Positions 10,569 to 20,862 of a DNA stretch of 64,000 bases are shown here, in pieces; position 1 is the first letter of the stretch, and the number at the start of each line of letters is the position of its first letter. The notes under the pieces were generated by a model, which saw nothing but the letters and a program-made list of their open reading frames with translations, was not told where the DNA came from and did no database searches. The position numbers were made by a program, and so were the translations under genes. Source of the stretch: Candidatus Poribacteria bacterium (GTDB taxonomy: Bacteria > Poribacteria > WGA-4E > PCPOR2b). The DNA is taken from positions 4,608,001-4,672,000 of the forward strand of contig OZ244587.1 of the NCBI GenBank assembly GCA_965218095.1, read 5' to 3'.

Positions 10569-11903
10569 ATGAAACCGGCTCGATTTCTCCGTAAACTCCG
10601 TCTCCCAGGCATAGTGCTTCTGGCTTTACTGATCGCTGGAATAGGAACGGGTTACTATCTGACTCGCCGGTATTCTAAAGAATGGAATTACTGGAAAAAC
10701 CTCCCCGGATCGGAGAAAAGTTTAGCTATTGAATTAGAGATTGAACGTTTCTGGCATCGGATTTTCCCACCTTCCCCTCAGCCTGAACGCTACGCCCATG
10801 TGACAGCGGAAAAATTGGAGAACTCTATACATCTTGGCGCGAATTGGATTCTCGCTATGCAAGAGCATCACGGGCGGTTTCAATACTGGTATAATCCCGT
10901 TGGCGACGAGTTCAGTAGTAAGAGTAATGATAACTTTTTGCGCCAGGCAGGCACCTCATTCTCGCTGGTGCTAGCTTATGAAATGACAGGAGAACCCCGT
11001 TATTTGAAGGCGGCGCGCCGGAGTGTCCAGTACTTATTGACATTCACAGAACAACTTGACGCTGACAAAGCTTACTTCCTTTTCTACAGAAAAGCGAAGC
11101 TAGGCGGAATTAGCCTTCCAATGTTAACCATGCTCAAAATTCGTCAGCTTACGGGGACCACCGAATTCGATGAGATCTTGACGAAATTGGCAAACATGAT
11201 CCTGTTTCTACAAGAAAAATATAATAGCGGACAATATAAAAGCACGTATGTATATCGCGGCGATTACGAATATGAAAAAAACTCCGGTTGGGAATCGAAG
11301 ATTTATCCCGGTGAGGCGCTTTTTGCGTTAGCAAACATGTATCGAGCTTTTGGGGATAGGCGCTATAAGCAGAGTATGGACTGGGCGTTAGAATTCTATT
11401 ATCTCGAAAAATGGAAGTCCCATGCGTTTCTCCCCTGGACAATTTCCGCTTTCACTTCCCTTTATGAGCAGACAGGTGAACAGAAATACGCCGATTATGT
11501 TTTCTTCTTGAGCGATCACCTGCTGACGCAGCAAAATTTAGATAGTGATGATGAGGCTTATGGCAGTTTTCATGGATTACCCTCCGCCAATACAGGAAGT
11601 TACATGGAAGGGCTGGGCGATGCCATTCATCTCGCACGACTGACACGAGATGAACACCGATTACGCCTTTATCAGGAACGCGCCAAAATGGGATACCGCT
11701 GGTTAGTGATGCTGCAATACACAGCATCCGATATTGCCGATTTGGAGCGTCCTGAACTGGCGATTGGTGGTTTTCGGAAGACCCTCACTGATTTTCAATT
11801 ACGGATTGATAACACCCAACATGCGATTAGCGCTTTTGCGAAAGGCTTACGCTTCGTTTTTGGGGCACAGCCCGCCGTGCAAGCTGTAGATCGCTTCCAA
11901 TAG
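10569..11903 (+). CDS. Membrane-anchored alpha/alpha-toroid-like hypothetical protein (RIDxTQH motif)
   Basis: N-terminal TM helix; motifs GRFQY.Y, RQAG, YPGEAL.AL, MEGL, GGF...LRIDNTQH; paralogous to the next gene. Confidence 0.6.
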   Translation: MKPARFLRKLRLPGIVLLALLIAGIGTGYYLTRRYSKEWNYWKNLPGSEKSLAIELEIERFWHRIFPPSPQPERYAHVTAEKLENSIHLGANWILAMQEHHGRFQYWYNPVGDEFSSKSNDNFLRQAGTSFSLVLAYEMTGEPRYLKAARRSVQYLLTFTEQLDADKAYFLFYRKAKLGGISLPMLTMLKIRQLTGTTEFDEILTKLANMILFLQEKYNSGQYKSTYVYRGDYEYEKNSGWESKIYPGEALFALANMYRAFGDRRYKQSMDWALEFYYLEKWKSHAFLPWTISAFTSLYEQTGEQKYADYVFFLSDHLLTQQNLDSDDEAYGSFHGLPSANTGSYMEGLGDAIHLARLTRDEHRLRLYQERAKMGYRWLVMLQYTASDIADLERPELAIGGFRKTLTDFQLRIDNTQHAISAFAKGLRFVFGAQPAVQAVDRFQ

Positions 11904-11909
11904 GATGTC

Positions 11910-13151
11910 ATGAACGAAAACAATGCGAATCGAACGATGCAAACAAAAAACTGGTTATTTCACATAGTCTTAGTGGCAGGGACGCTAAGTCTGGTCACGT
12001 TCTTTGTCTTACTGGTGGCCTCCTGTCGTTCCGAGCAACCCAGGCGACTGAACCGTGCGATTCTTGACCGTTCACTTGAACTTGGGACTCAGTTTATGAT
12101 CAATCACCAGAAGCCGGAGGGAAATTTTGACTACGAGTACGATTGGATTAAAAAGACCTACACGCCTGGCGACTTTCAGGTTCGGCAGGCTGGGGCGATG
12201 TGGGGTTTGGCGCTGATATATAACGATCAGCCAGATCCGAAAGTTGGGGAAGTCGTAGAGAAAGCGATGGACTTCTTCGCACAAAAGTCAAAGCTTACGC
12301 CCGATGGTCTCCGCTATGTAGTCTATCCAGGGACTGATTTCGGAAGTACAGGGACTGTGGCGCTTTGTGCGCTAGCGCATATTGACTACCTGCGTGCTGC
12401 CAAGCCCAGAATCGCCGAAGAGAAATTCCAGAAATACCAAGACCTTCTCGAAGAGTATCTCGAATTTCTCATCAAGGCGCGTATACAAACGGAACCAAAG
12501 GCTGGACTTTGGCATCGAAGCTACAGCATCTCCAGCGGACACCCCTACGGTCAGTCCTCCCCCTACTTTGACGGTGAATCCCTACTCGCACTGGTTAAAG
12601 CAGCAAAGTATATGGGGCGTGAAGATTTGCGCCCAATTATCATCGCTTCGGCTGATGCCGGCTATCGACATAATATTCAAGAAGCTCTTCGGGATGATCC
12701 GGATTCAGACATCACGAAGGGTTACTATCAATGGAGCTCCATGAGTTTTTTCGAGATTGCCACTAGTAGCTGGGAGGGGGTGGAAAAGTACGGGGATTAC
12801 CTCATCGATCTCGCTGACTGGATGATCGACGTTCACGAGACGCTAAGACGGAGGCGCAACACCGGTTATGCTTATGAGGGAATTATCCACGCTTATCAAC
12901 TAGCTGTGCAACGCAACGATACCCGGCATGTCAAGAAATTCGCCGGCGTTATCAATACCGGTTTGGCAAAATTAACTTCATGGCAGGTCGGTAGTCCACT
13001 AATGAACAAGTTTATCCGCAGCCATCCCACGGACGATCCGCTTGCGATAGGTGGCATACAGAATCATCGCCGCGAATCTCCTCTGCGCATTGATGTAACA
13101 CAACACCAGATGCATGCGGTTATTCTCGCTCGCCGTTATGTGTACAAATAA
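11910..13151 (+). CDS. Exported/lipoprotein alpha/alpha-toroid-like hypothetical protein (RIDxTQH motif)
   Basis: Hydrophobic N-terminus ending LVASC (possible lipobox); GNFDYEY, RQAG, YFDGESL.AL, YEGI, GGI...LRIDVTQH. Confidence 0.6.
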   Translation: MNENNANRTMQTKNWLFHIVLVAGTLSLVTFFVLLVASCRSEQPRRLNRAILDRSLELGTQFMINHQKPEGNFDYEYDWIKKTYTPGDFQVRQAGAMWGLALIYNDQPDPKVGEVVEKAMDFFAQKSKLTPDGLRYVVYPGTDFGSTGTVALCALAHIDYLRAAKPRIAEEKFQKYQDLLEEYLEFLIKARIQTEPKAGLWHRSYSISSGHPYGQSSPYFDGESLLALVKAAKYMGREDLRPIIIASADAGYRHNIQEALRDDPDSDITKGYYQWSSMSFFEIATSSWEGVEKYGDYLIDLADWMIDVHETLRRRRNTGYAYEGIIHAYQLAVQRNDTRHVKKFAGVINTGLAKLTSWQVGSPLMNKFIRSHPTDDPLAIGGIQNHRRESPLRIDVTQHQMHAVILARRYVYK

Positions 13152-13170
13152 TTTTTTTTGTCTTTTATTG

Positions 13171-13199
13171 TTGACAAAGTTTTTGAGGTGTGCTATACT
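13171..13199 (+). promoter_or_regulatory. Sigma70-type promoter upstream of dprA
   Basis: TTGACA-17 bp-TATACT with an extended -10 TG. Confidence 0.7.
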
Positions 13200-13364
13200 T
13201 GCGCTGTCATTCCGATATGGAGTGCAATAAGTGCTGTTTGACATGTGTGAAAAAGCGTGACGACAAGGTTTGACTTTGTGAAACGAGCTTCAAATTTATT
13301 CGATGAATTTGTAAGACGTGTCAAACCGCAATGGAGTCAGAGCTTTGAGGCCATATAATGAGTT

Positions 13365-14303
13365 ATGTCCGGACGAGAATTTTGGTTCGCGCTCGCATCA
13401 GTAGAAGGTGTCGGCCCAATGCGAATTAAGCGATTGCTCAATCGCTTTGGGACAATTGAGGCAGTCTTTGATGCAGATCTCTCCGAGATTGCGCGGGTAC
13501 CGCTCTTTAACCCACTGTTGGCGGCACGGGTTCTAAAGGCAAGGATACGGGCTGCTGAATTCCGCCGTCAGATCAAGTGGTTCAACAGTCGTGGTATCGA
13601 AATTCTCTCTCTTGAAGATCCGGATTATCCCGAACAACTCAAGAAAATCCCGGACGCACCGGTGATCCTTTGCAAAAAAGGGAGTTCATCTCAGTTCAGC
13701 CAGCCGGCTGTCGCTATTGTCGGTACGACGAACCCCACAGAGTTAGGAATCCTGACAACGCTTGAACTGTCAACAATCCTTGTTCAAGCAGGATTTACCA
13801 TCGTCAGTGGGCTCGCCAAAGGAATTGACACCGCTGCTCATTTTGGAGCATTATCAGCAAACGGCACAACTGTTGGTGTTCTGGGGTGTGATCTGTTTTC
13901 AATCTATCCGAGTGAAAACCGCGAACTTGCAGATCGGATCTGTGAGAATGGCGCTTTATTTTCGGAACACCCTTTTACGATACAACCCACGCCCGTAAAT
14001 CTGATTCTTCGGAATCGGATTATTAGTGGGCTTTCAATGGGGACAATTGTTATTGAATCCGGTGAAAACGGTGGTGCGATTCGCACTGCAACGTTTGCCC
14101 TGGAACAAGATCGTTTCGTGTTTGCTTGTGATTGGCAGGGTCAGTATCGATTGAGTGAGGGTCCACGCAGCCTTATTCAACAAGGCGCGTATCCGATCTC
14201 ACCCAATCGATTGGAGGATGTCGTTGACATCTTGTTGAACCCTGATAGCTTGAAAAAGGTTGAACGGGCTAACCTTACAGGTGAACAGATGAAGTTGTTC
14301 TAG
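13365..14303 (+). CDS. dprA: DNA-protecting protein DprA
   Basis: GVGP HhH N-terminus, YPE.L..IPD.P, VAIVGT, IVSGLAKGIDTAAH, RNRIISGLS, GAI.TA..AL.Q.R.VFA. Confidence 0.95.
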   Translation: MSGREFWFALASVEGVGPMRIKRLLNRFGTIEAVFDADLSEIARVPLFNPLLAARVLKARIRAAEFRRQIKWFNSRGIEILSLEDPDYPEQLKKIPDAPVILCKKGSSSQFSQPAVAIVGTTNPTELGILTTLELSTILVQAGFTIVSGLAKGIDTAAHFGALSANGTTVGVLGCDLFSIYPSENRELADRICENGALFSEHPFTIQPTPVNLILRNRIISGLSMGTIVIESGENGGAIRTATFALEQDRFVFACDWQGQYRLSEGPRSLIQQGAYPISPNRLEDVVDILLNPDSLKKVERANLTGEQMKLF

Positions 14304-14383
14304 GAATGCAAAGGCTGGATTCAGTCCTTTGAAAAAAAAATATTGGGAAACCAAATTTTGATGAAAAAATGTGAAGATTTCTC

Positions 14384-14412
14384 TTTACAAAATTCACAAA
14401 ATTTGGTAGAAT
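14384..14412 (+). promoter_or_regulatory. Putative sigma70 promoter overlapped by an inverted repeat
   Basis: TTTACA-17 bp-TAGAAT; ACCAAATTTTG (14350-14360) is inverted at 14397-14407. Confidence 0.5.
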
Positions 14413-14690
14413 TTTAACATTGTGCAACGTGGGAATCCTACTATTCAATATTCCAATATTGAAAATCAGGGGGATTCGTCACTAATGATAAGCGCAAAAA
14501 CTAAAGCGCCGTTTTTATCCATGTATCGGTGCTGGATTTTTTTGAATCTATATTTGGATGCGGTTTCATTCGCGACTTAATCTTATTAGAAAGTTGTATG
14601 AATTTGCGCGACTCGCTATCAAGAGAAGGTCACGAGAAGTGCATACTGCACAAGATCTATAAACCCCTATTTAGGAGGAGCAACAAAACA

Positions 14691-15440
14691 ATGTATCAAA
14701 TCACGCAGCACAAATTCTGGGGAGCATTAGCTCTCATAATGTCTATCATGTTAGTTGTCTTCATGGTCGCCTGCGGTGACGACGATGATGATGATAATGA
14801 CACCGGAGACGACGACGATGATGATAACAACAATAACAACAATGATGCTGGGGAGCCACCACCACCCAAGGCGACAACAGTCACTGGAGATCCTGCGCCC
14901 GGCGGTGCGGCAATTCCATCGAATACCGAATTCAAACTCACGTTTGACCAGGGCGTCAAGAGCGCTACTATTAATGGTGGACCCACTGTGGGATCGGGAC
15001 TTAGCTTTAGCGGGCCAGCGCCAGACATTGCAAGCGGCCAGAGCGCAATCCTTAAAATCGCGTGGGTAAACAGAGACGACAGCCCCGGCAGTGCAACTCT
15101 TGGCCCTTATACAATTGAAGACCCGGATGAGCAGGCGCCAGAGGTTCAAGATAGTACAGTGAACAATGGGGATGATGCGGTTGATCCAGCGGCGGTCAAT
15201 GCCAGTGGTATCAACGTGAATTTCACCGAAGATGTTACAGGCTCCATTAAACTCACCCTGGAGGATGGGACTGACAACAAGTGGAGTGGGAACGTCGCAG
15301 GTCGGACAGCGAGCCTTACTGTTGTCGCAGGGCAGGAACTCGCCAACGAGACAGCGTATAAGGTTGAGATCGACGTTAAGGATGGTGCGGGTAATGTAAC
15401 GAAACTCACAATTGAGTTCACCACCAAACCCAAAGACTAA
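14691..15440 (+). CDS. Lipoprotein with a poly-Asp/Asn linker and two Ig-like (Big/SbsA-type) modules
   Basis: AGGAGG RBS, signal ending MVAC lipobox, DDDDDDNDTGDDDDDDNNNNNND tract, beta-rich modules ending DGAGN...IEFTTK. Confidence 0.75.
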   Translation: MYQITQHKFWGALALIMSIMLVVFMVACGDDDDDDNDTGDDDDDDNNNNNNDAGEPPPPKATTVTGDPAPGGAAIPSNTEFKLTFDQGVKSATINGGPTVGSGLSFSGPAPDIASGQSAILKIAWVNRDDSPGSATLGPYTIEDPDEQAPEVQDSTVNNGDDAVDPAAVNASGINVNFTEDVTGSIKLTLEDGTDNKWSGNVAGRTASLTVVAGQELANETAYKVEIDVKDGAGNVTKLTIEFTTKPKD

Positions 15441-15475
15441 ATCAAACCATTTCGTTTAAGGTTCCAATGTTTGAC

Positions 15476-15512
15476 AAAGGGCAACATGTCACAGACATGT
15501 TGCCCTTTTTTT
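15476..15512 (+). terminator. Rho-independent terminator
   Basis: 15-bp perfect stem AAAGGGCAACATGTC/GACATGTTGCCCTTT followed by a T run, 36 nt after the stop codon. Confidence 0.85.
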
Positions 15513-15644
15513 GGGTGCCGGTGAGTCGGCTTACATTGCAGGTGGGCTATCGTCCACATGGTCGGCAATCATGTTTTCATCGGTCCGGGCGTGACGTTCC
15601 TCTGGCGCCCACCCTGTCCTCTTTCCACGCGTTGACAGTGAGGT

Positions 15645-16466
15645 TTACTGGTATCGCGTTTCGGGATGGAATCGGTGATCGCCCAACACCTTGAGCAGGC
15701 GTTCGCTTGCATCCTCAAGGAGATGTTTGGGCATCTTGTATTTGATGTAGGTATTGTAACGTGGAAAGGGCCATCTCGTTCCGTATTGCTGCTGGAACAG
15801 ATAGCGGACGCGATTCGACTAGTTTGGTGTCCCGCGATGCCAGCATTGCGGATTGTGCAGGTAGATGTCACCTGCCTTGCAAGGGACTGACACCGGGCCT
15901 CGTCCTTCAAATTCCGGCGTTTCTGTTTTCGGCGGCTGTCGGCCGGAATAATGGCTGCCTGGGACGTACTGCGACGGCCCATGGTCAATTGATTCGATGT
16001 CCGTCAGCGGAACCTGCACGGTCAGCCACAAGATCGGTAGATCAATGCGCGGATCGTGGCGGGGGACGTCGTCTATCAGTGGAAAAAACAGGGCGTCATC
16101 CACATGCCACCGGTCTATCGCGTTGGTGTGGTCAGTTCTCAGCACGTTCATGCCGCACTGCTGGCAGTCCGGCCCAAAAATCGCTTCCATCAGACTGATA
16201 ATCGGCTCACGAACTAGCATATCACAGAAGGTGCGGTCCAGTTCATTAAGGTGCCAGAGGATGAAGTGATTTTCCCGTAAGTGGCCGCTCTGAATCATTT
16301 CGGGGTCATCGAACAGTTCGTCGGTCTTCTCTCGAAGCGCTTCCATTTCGTCTTGTTCAAGTACATTCGGAATCAGGACAAACCCCTCTCGTTTGAAATC
16401 GCGGATGATTTCACGAGTGCGTTCTTCACTGAAAGGCTTTCCGTTTTTAATCGGGCTTCGATTCAA
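15645..16466 (-). pseudogene. PhyH-family dioxygenase with an in-frame TAG
   Basis: WHVDD, VPGSH, WHRGTPN* and then a plausible in-frame continuation SNRVRYLFQQQYGTRW...ERLLKVLG...YQ* to 15645. Confidence 0.82.
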
Positions 16467-16820
16467 GTGATTATCCTCCTCTGTTTTCTAACCCCGATCT
16501 TTAATCGGGGTTCAGCAGGGAATGTGCTTCGCAGTTGGCTGTCAAATCCGCCCACCCAAAAGACTCTGTTTTGTTAGAAGCCTTCCCAAGGTTTACTAGG
16601 AACTCATTGTGGGTAGTTTCTTGGAAGTCTAATAGAGCGCAGCGAAGAATCTCCTCGTTAAGGTGCAAGAGATCCGTCCCTTCGTTGAGGCTGACGGGAG
16701 AAGCGCGCGTTCTACTCGCTATAAGTTCAAGCCTAAAAAGTATTATGTCCTTTGCTCCAGGGACGAAGTTCAGCCTCAAACAAGTCTATCAATTTTTCCG
16801 CCTTGTGTCAATCATTTTTA

Positions 16821-16848
16821 TTGACATACCTCTGCAATCGGATATAAT
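16821..16848 (+). promoter_or_regulatory. Sigma70-type promoter
   Basis: TTGACA-16 bp-TATAAT upstream of the Gfo/Idh/MocA gene. Confidence 0.7.
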
Positions 16849-16995
16849 ATCCAACAATGGAGAAGCAGGGTATGGGTGAATCGACGGGGCTACGAATCTT
16901 CTTACGTTTCACGCATCACACCTCACGCTTCGCGCTTCAGCCCATACTTGAGCCTAGCAACACTACCCAAAAGAAAACCGGAGGAAGAAAAAACC

Positions 16996-18036
16996 ATGCC
17001 GAATCGATATTGTGTCTGTATTATCGGATGTGGCAGAATGGGTGGAACCATTGACGAAGAGGTGAAAGGGGGGCCGAATGGGGCATTGCCATATTCTCAT
17101 GCCGCCGGATATACAGCTTACGAGCGAACAACTATCGTTGCAGCGTCAGATGTCGTCGAGGAAAAGGCAAAGTATGTCTGCTCGAAGTGGAATATCCCCA
17201 AACAGTATGCTGACTACCGGGAGATGATCGAGAAAGAACAACCGGATATTGTGAGCGTGGCAACTCGCCCCGGAAATCATGCAGAAATCACCATCTTCGC
17301 GGTAGAACACGGGGTGAAGGGGATTTACTGTGATAAGCCGCTGTGTGCGTCGATGGACGAAGCGGATGCCATGTATGACGCTTGCGAGCGGTATAGGGTG
17401 AAATTTAATTTGGGAACGCAGCGCCGGTTCTCCCCTGGTTATATCAAGATGCGAGAGATTGTCGAGAGTGGCGAGATAGGCGAGCGGCGTTCGGTCATCG
17501 CCTATTCCGGCGGTTCGGCGCTTTGGGGATATACGCATGCCGCAGATATGCTCCTCTTTTTAGCAAGCGATTCTGAAGTGGAATACGTCCAGGGTAACGT
17601 TGCCGTTGATGACGCTGACTTCGAGGACAACCGCACCGAATCTGACCCCGGCATCGTTATGGGGTACGTCCGATTCAAAAATGGCGCCCATGGGGTCAGT
17701 ATCCCAGGAAGTGCATACGAATTTGAAGTCGATTGCAGCGACGGAATGGTACGGTCGCTGAATAACGGATCGGGGTTCCAACTGCGCAGACGAGGGGGAC
17801 AATTCAATGAGATATTGGATCCCGAATATCCACCCTTTGAGCGGAAAAGTGGTACTGTCGGCTGCATTGAGGATATCGTCGAGGCGATTGAAACCGGTCG
17901 AGAGACGAAAGGAAATATCCGCCTGGCACGTATCAGCACAGAAATCACTTTCGGCATCGTTGATTCACAACGCCAAAAAGGCGCCCAGGTAAGTATGCCG
18001 ATGGAAAACCGATCGCTGTATCTGGGACGGTGGTAG
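16996..18036 (+). CDS. Gfo/Idh/MocA family oxidoreductase
   Basis: IIGCGRMG, PDIVSVAT...H, YCDKP; start placed at ATG 16996 after GGAGG. Confidence 0.9.
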   Translation: MPNRYCVCIIGCGRMGGTIDEEVKGGPNGALPYSHAAGYTAYERTTIVAASDVVEEKAKYVCSKWNIPKQYADYREMIEKEQPDIVSVATRPGNHAEITIFAVEHGVKGIYCDKPLCASMDEADAMYDACERYRVKFNLGTQRRFSPGYIKMREIVESGEIGERRSVIAYSGGSALWGYTHAADMLLFLASDSEVEYVQGNVAVDDADFEDNRTESDPGIVMGYVRFKNGAHGVSIPGSAYEFEVDCSDGMVRSLNNGSGFQLRRRGGQFNEILDPEYPPFERKSGTVGCIEDIVEAIETGRETKGNIRLARISTEITFGIVDSQRQKGAQVSMPMENRSLYLGRW

Positions 18037-18119
18037 CAATAGGCAAAATAGCGAATAGGCGAATGGATGGAATTTGCAGTTTCGCGAATTGACTCATCAC
18101 TCACCGAGAAAGAAAATGA

Positions 18120-18292
18120 GTAACCGTTCAGGTAGTGACAACGAAGACAGGCTTTGACGCAATCTAACAGATTGCGTTACAAGCCTAACACTTACGCATG
18201 TTGTAACGCAAATCCCGATGCTGTAATCCCAATCTTTCGATTGTGAACAACGTCGGGACTGTCAGTTTGCGCCGCCCCACCTGAACGGTTAC
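18120..18292. mobile_element. 173-bp non-autonomous IS66-type MITE
   Basis: Perfect 14-bp terminal IRs GTAACCGTTCAGGT / ACCTGAACGGTTAC; GTAA ends are characteristic of IS66; no coding capacity and no intact target duplication. Confidence 0.75.
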
Positions 18293-18464
18293 CTTTAGAG
18301 ATGGTATTCTGCTTGACAAGGCATTGGGGGGTATAATAAAATGTTGAAAATCTGGAGTGGATTTGGATTAAACTCTCTATAGCATCGGATCTAGGAAGGA
18401 CAGCCAGCGAAGGAGACGACATCATGGCGAAAATGAAGCGAACTGATGCGACAGCAAAGCGAAA

Positions 18465-19078
18465 GTGGAACGGAGTATCATTGATGTTCTCAAGGATGTT
18501 CCCGTTTTTGAGGAATTGAACAATCGCGAAATTCAAAACATCGCACGTATCGCCTATCGGCGACATTATAGTGCAGGAGAAGTTGTGATCCACGAAGGGC
18601 AAAATGCAGCGGGAATGTATATCATGATGGATGGAGAGGCGGAGGTTACTAAAGAATTTGAAGATGGTACAATTCTACACCTTACGACGTTAGAAGATAG
18701 CGGATTATTCGGTGACGTCGGGTTATTGGATAGGTCTGCACGGACAGCCACAGTCACAGCCACCCGCGACTCAAGCATTATCGGTTTGTTCCGACCGGAG
18801 CTCCTTCAGTTAATGGATTCGGATCCAAGGCTAGCATCCAAGGTCCTCTTTAAGCTTGCCAGATCCTCACTATGCGCCTTCGGTTTATACACAACGAATT
18901 TGAGAAAGCACAGGCAGAAATTGATCGTTTGAAGACACTGCTAACAGCGGCGTCGGATACAAAGGGCGAGGAGATAAGTGTGGTCTACAGTGAAACCCCT
19001 ATCCGCGCATCGAGGTTGGAGATTGAAGCACTTGATTGCATCAGGCCTGATGCAATCGAAGAGGAGGAAAACCGATGA
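18465..19078 (+). pseudogene. Cyclic-nucleotide-binding (Crp-type cNMP) domain protein, frameshifted
   Basis: LKDVPVFEEL, EG.....MYI...GEAEV, FGDVGLLD...RTATV.A. The frame shifts near 18860 and the C-helix (LRFIHNEF...) continues in another frame. Confidence 0.78.
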
Positions 19079-20766
19079 ACGAATCTGCCAATCAGAATGC
19101 GACTCTGCATCAATCCACTGAGGAAGCGACTTCGCTCAAAGCAGTCGAGTCCTCCAGTCAGATCGAAGCAGACCAAGCATACGCGCAGACCACCGTACTT
19201 GCAAGAGAGACCGTCATTCCGTTGGCGCAAAATATCGAGGCGATGACGTCGGATATCCGGTTAATTGTCCGTGAAAGCCGTGACACAGACACGTCAAGCA
19301 CGGGTAATGAATGCCTCTTTGAAAATCATCGCTTTTGGCACAATGCTGATTTCACTTGCAATTCTCGTCGGCGTTGTCTACCTGCTCAAGGATATTCTTG
19401 CGCTGGTGGTGATTTCGTTTCTCATCGTCTATATATTAAGTCCGATTGTCGATATCATAGAGCGAAGAGGGGTTAACCGGACACTTGTGGTCATTATCAT
19501 GATGCTGTTAATTCTTAGCAGTTTTGCCTTTCTTTCAACAATGGCTGTGAGCAGTATCACCGGAAAATCACGAACTTCGGCAAAGATGTAAGAAATCTGT
19601 TACTGTTTAGTGTGGGATTGGACCTCGAAAATGATGTAGACCTTGGCAAAATCCCAGAGGATTTACGACAGCAGTTTGTGACTCACGGTGTCACACTTCC
19701 TCAAAATGCCATGATTTCCGTTGAAGAGGCAGGTAACAAATGGAAACTAGCCAATCCGCATAATAACCGGATATACAATGTCAGGAAAGAAGAAGGTCAA
19801 CTAAAGGTTTACAAAACGTTTGATCACCTTGTCGATACAGCCGCAACAGGGCTGAATCGAATACTAACATTCCTCCGCACCCCCGTCCTCAACTATCTTG
19901 AGGAGCGTGAAAGAGCCGAAGACAAGGTTAGAGCCTTTGAGAATATCCTCATCCAAGACGCTGACGTTCTCGACGAGGGTGATATGGTGATGCCACCGGC
20001 GACAACCGAGTCTGCGAATTCCAAAGAAGAAGTCGTCGATCGTGAACGGGTGGAGCACCTTGTCGAGCGGGCGCAAAAGAAAATTTCCGTATTTGTTATC
20101 GGACAATCTCAACAAATTATCAATGCGATTAGTAGCTCTGCGAAAGGCGTGTTTTCAGCTTTCACAACTGGTGTCATTATTCTATTCTTAACCTTTTTCC
20201 TGCTCAATGGCGGACAGCAGATGAAGAAAGCCTTCATTCAGATTGTGCCGAATCGTTTCTTTGAACCGGCCTAGTTGCTGATTGAGGAACTCGATCAGCA
20301 ACTAGGGGACTACCTTCGCAGCCGTTTGGTTCAAACAATTATACTCTCCATCCTTGCCGCAATTGGGTACTAGATCTTGGGATTACGGTTTGCAATCCTC
20401 CTTGGGATTATTGCTGGAATGGCGAATCTGATTCCCTATATTGGTCCGTTCATTGGGGCAATCCCTGCAATCATTGCTGTTTTCCTCGACGCCCGATTCG
20501 GGATCGGCTGGAGCCTGTTAGCCGTTATCATTTTGACGCTTGTGATACAGATCATCGATAACGCGATTATTACGCCACTGGTCATTGGCAAAAGTGTTGA
20601 GCTCGGTCCCGTAACAACAATTGTCGTGGTCTTGCTTGGCGACCAGTTACTCGGCTTAATCGGTTTGCTGATGGCGGTACCGATTGCCGCAATGTGCAAA
20701 TTAATCTTCCAGGAAGTATGGAGGCAGTTTAAGGGATATTCGCGATCGATTCTTCTGGGGCACTAA
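19075..20766 (+). pseudogene. AI-2E (PerM) family transporter, fragmented
   Basis: Fragments YILSPIVD.IE.RG, LTFFLL, NLIPYIGP.IG, IQ.IDN.I..P.V.GK, L.AVP.AA spread over several frames; in-frame TAGs near 20272 and 20370. Confidence 0.88.
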
Positions 20767-20862
20767 ATGCGGATTGATAATAGGGCGTAACGATGATACA
20801 ATTCAATTACCGTACTGAAGATGAATTTTATCAGAATAGATGAGTAGAGGATTTAAAGACTC

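Noticed and set aside
16490-16790. Structured ncRNA or riboswitch in this intergenic region
   Set aside because: It contains short palindromes and a degenerate GAGCGCAGCGAAGAATCT-type repeat, but no hallmark of tRNA, tmRNA, RNase P, SRP or a riboswitch that I can recognise.
18313-18337. TTGACA...TATAAT promoter upstream of the cNMP pseudogene
   Set aside because: The spacer is only 13 bp, so at best it is a decayed promoter.
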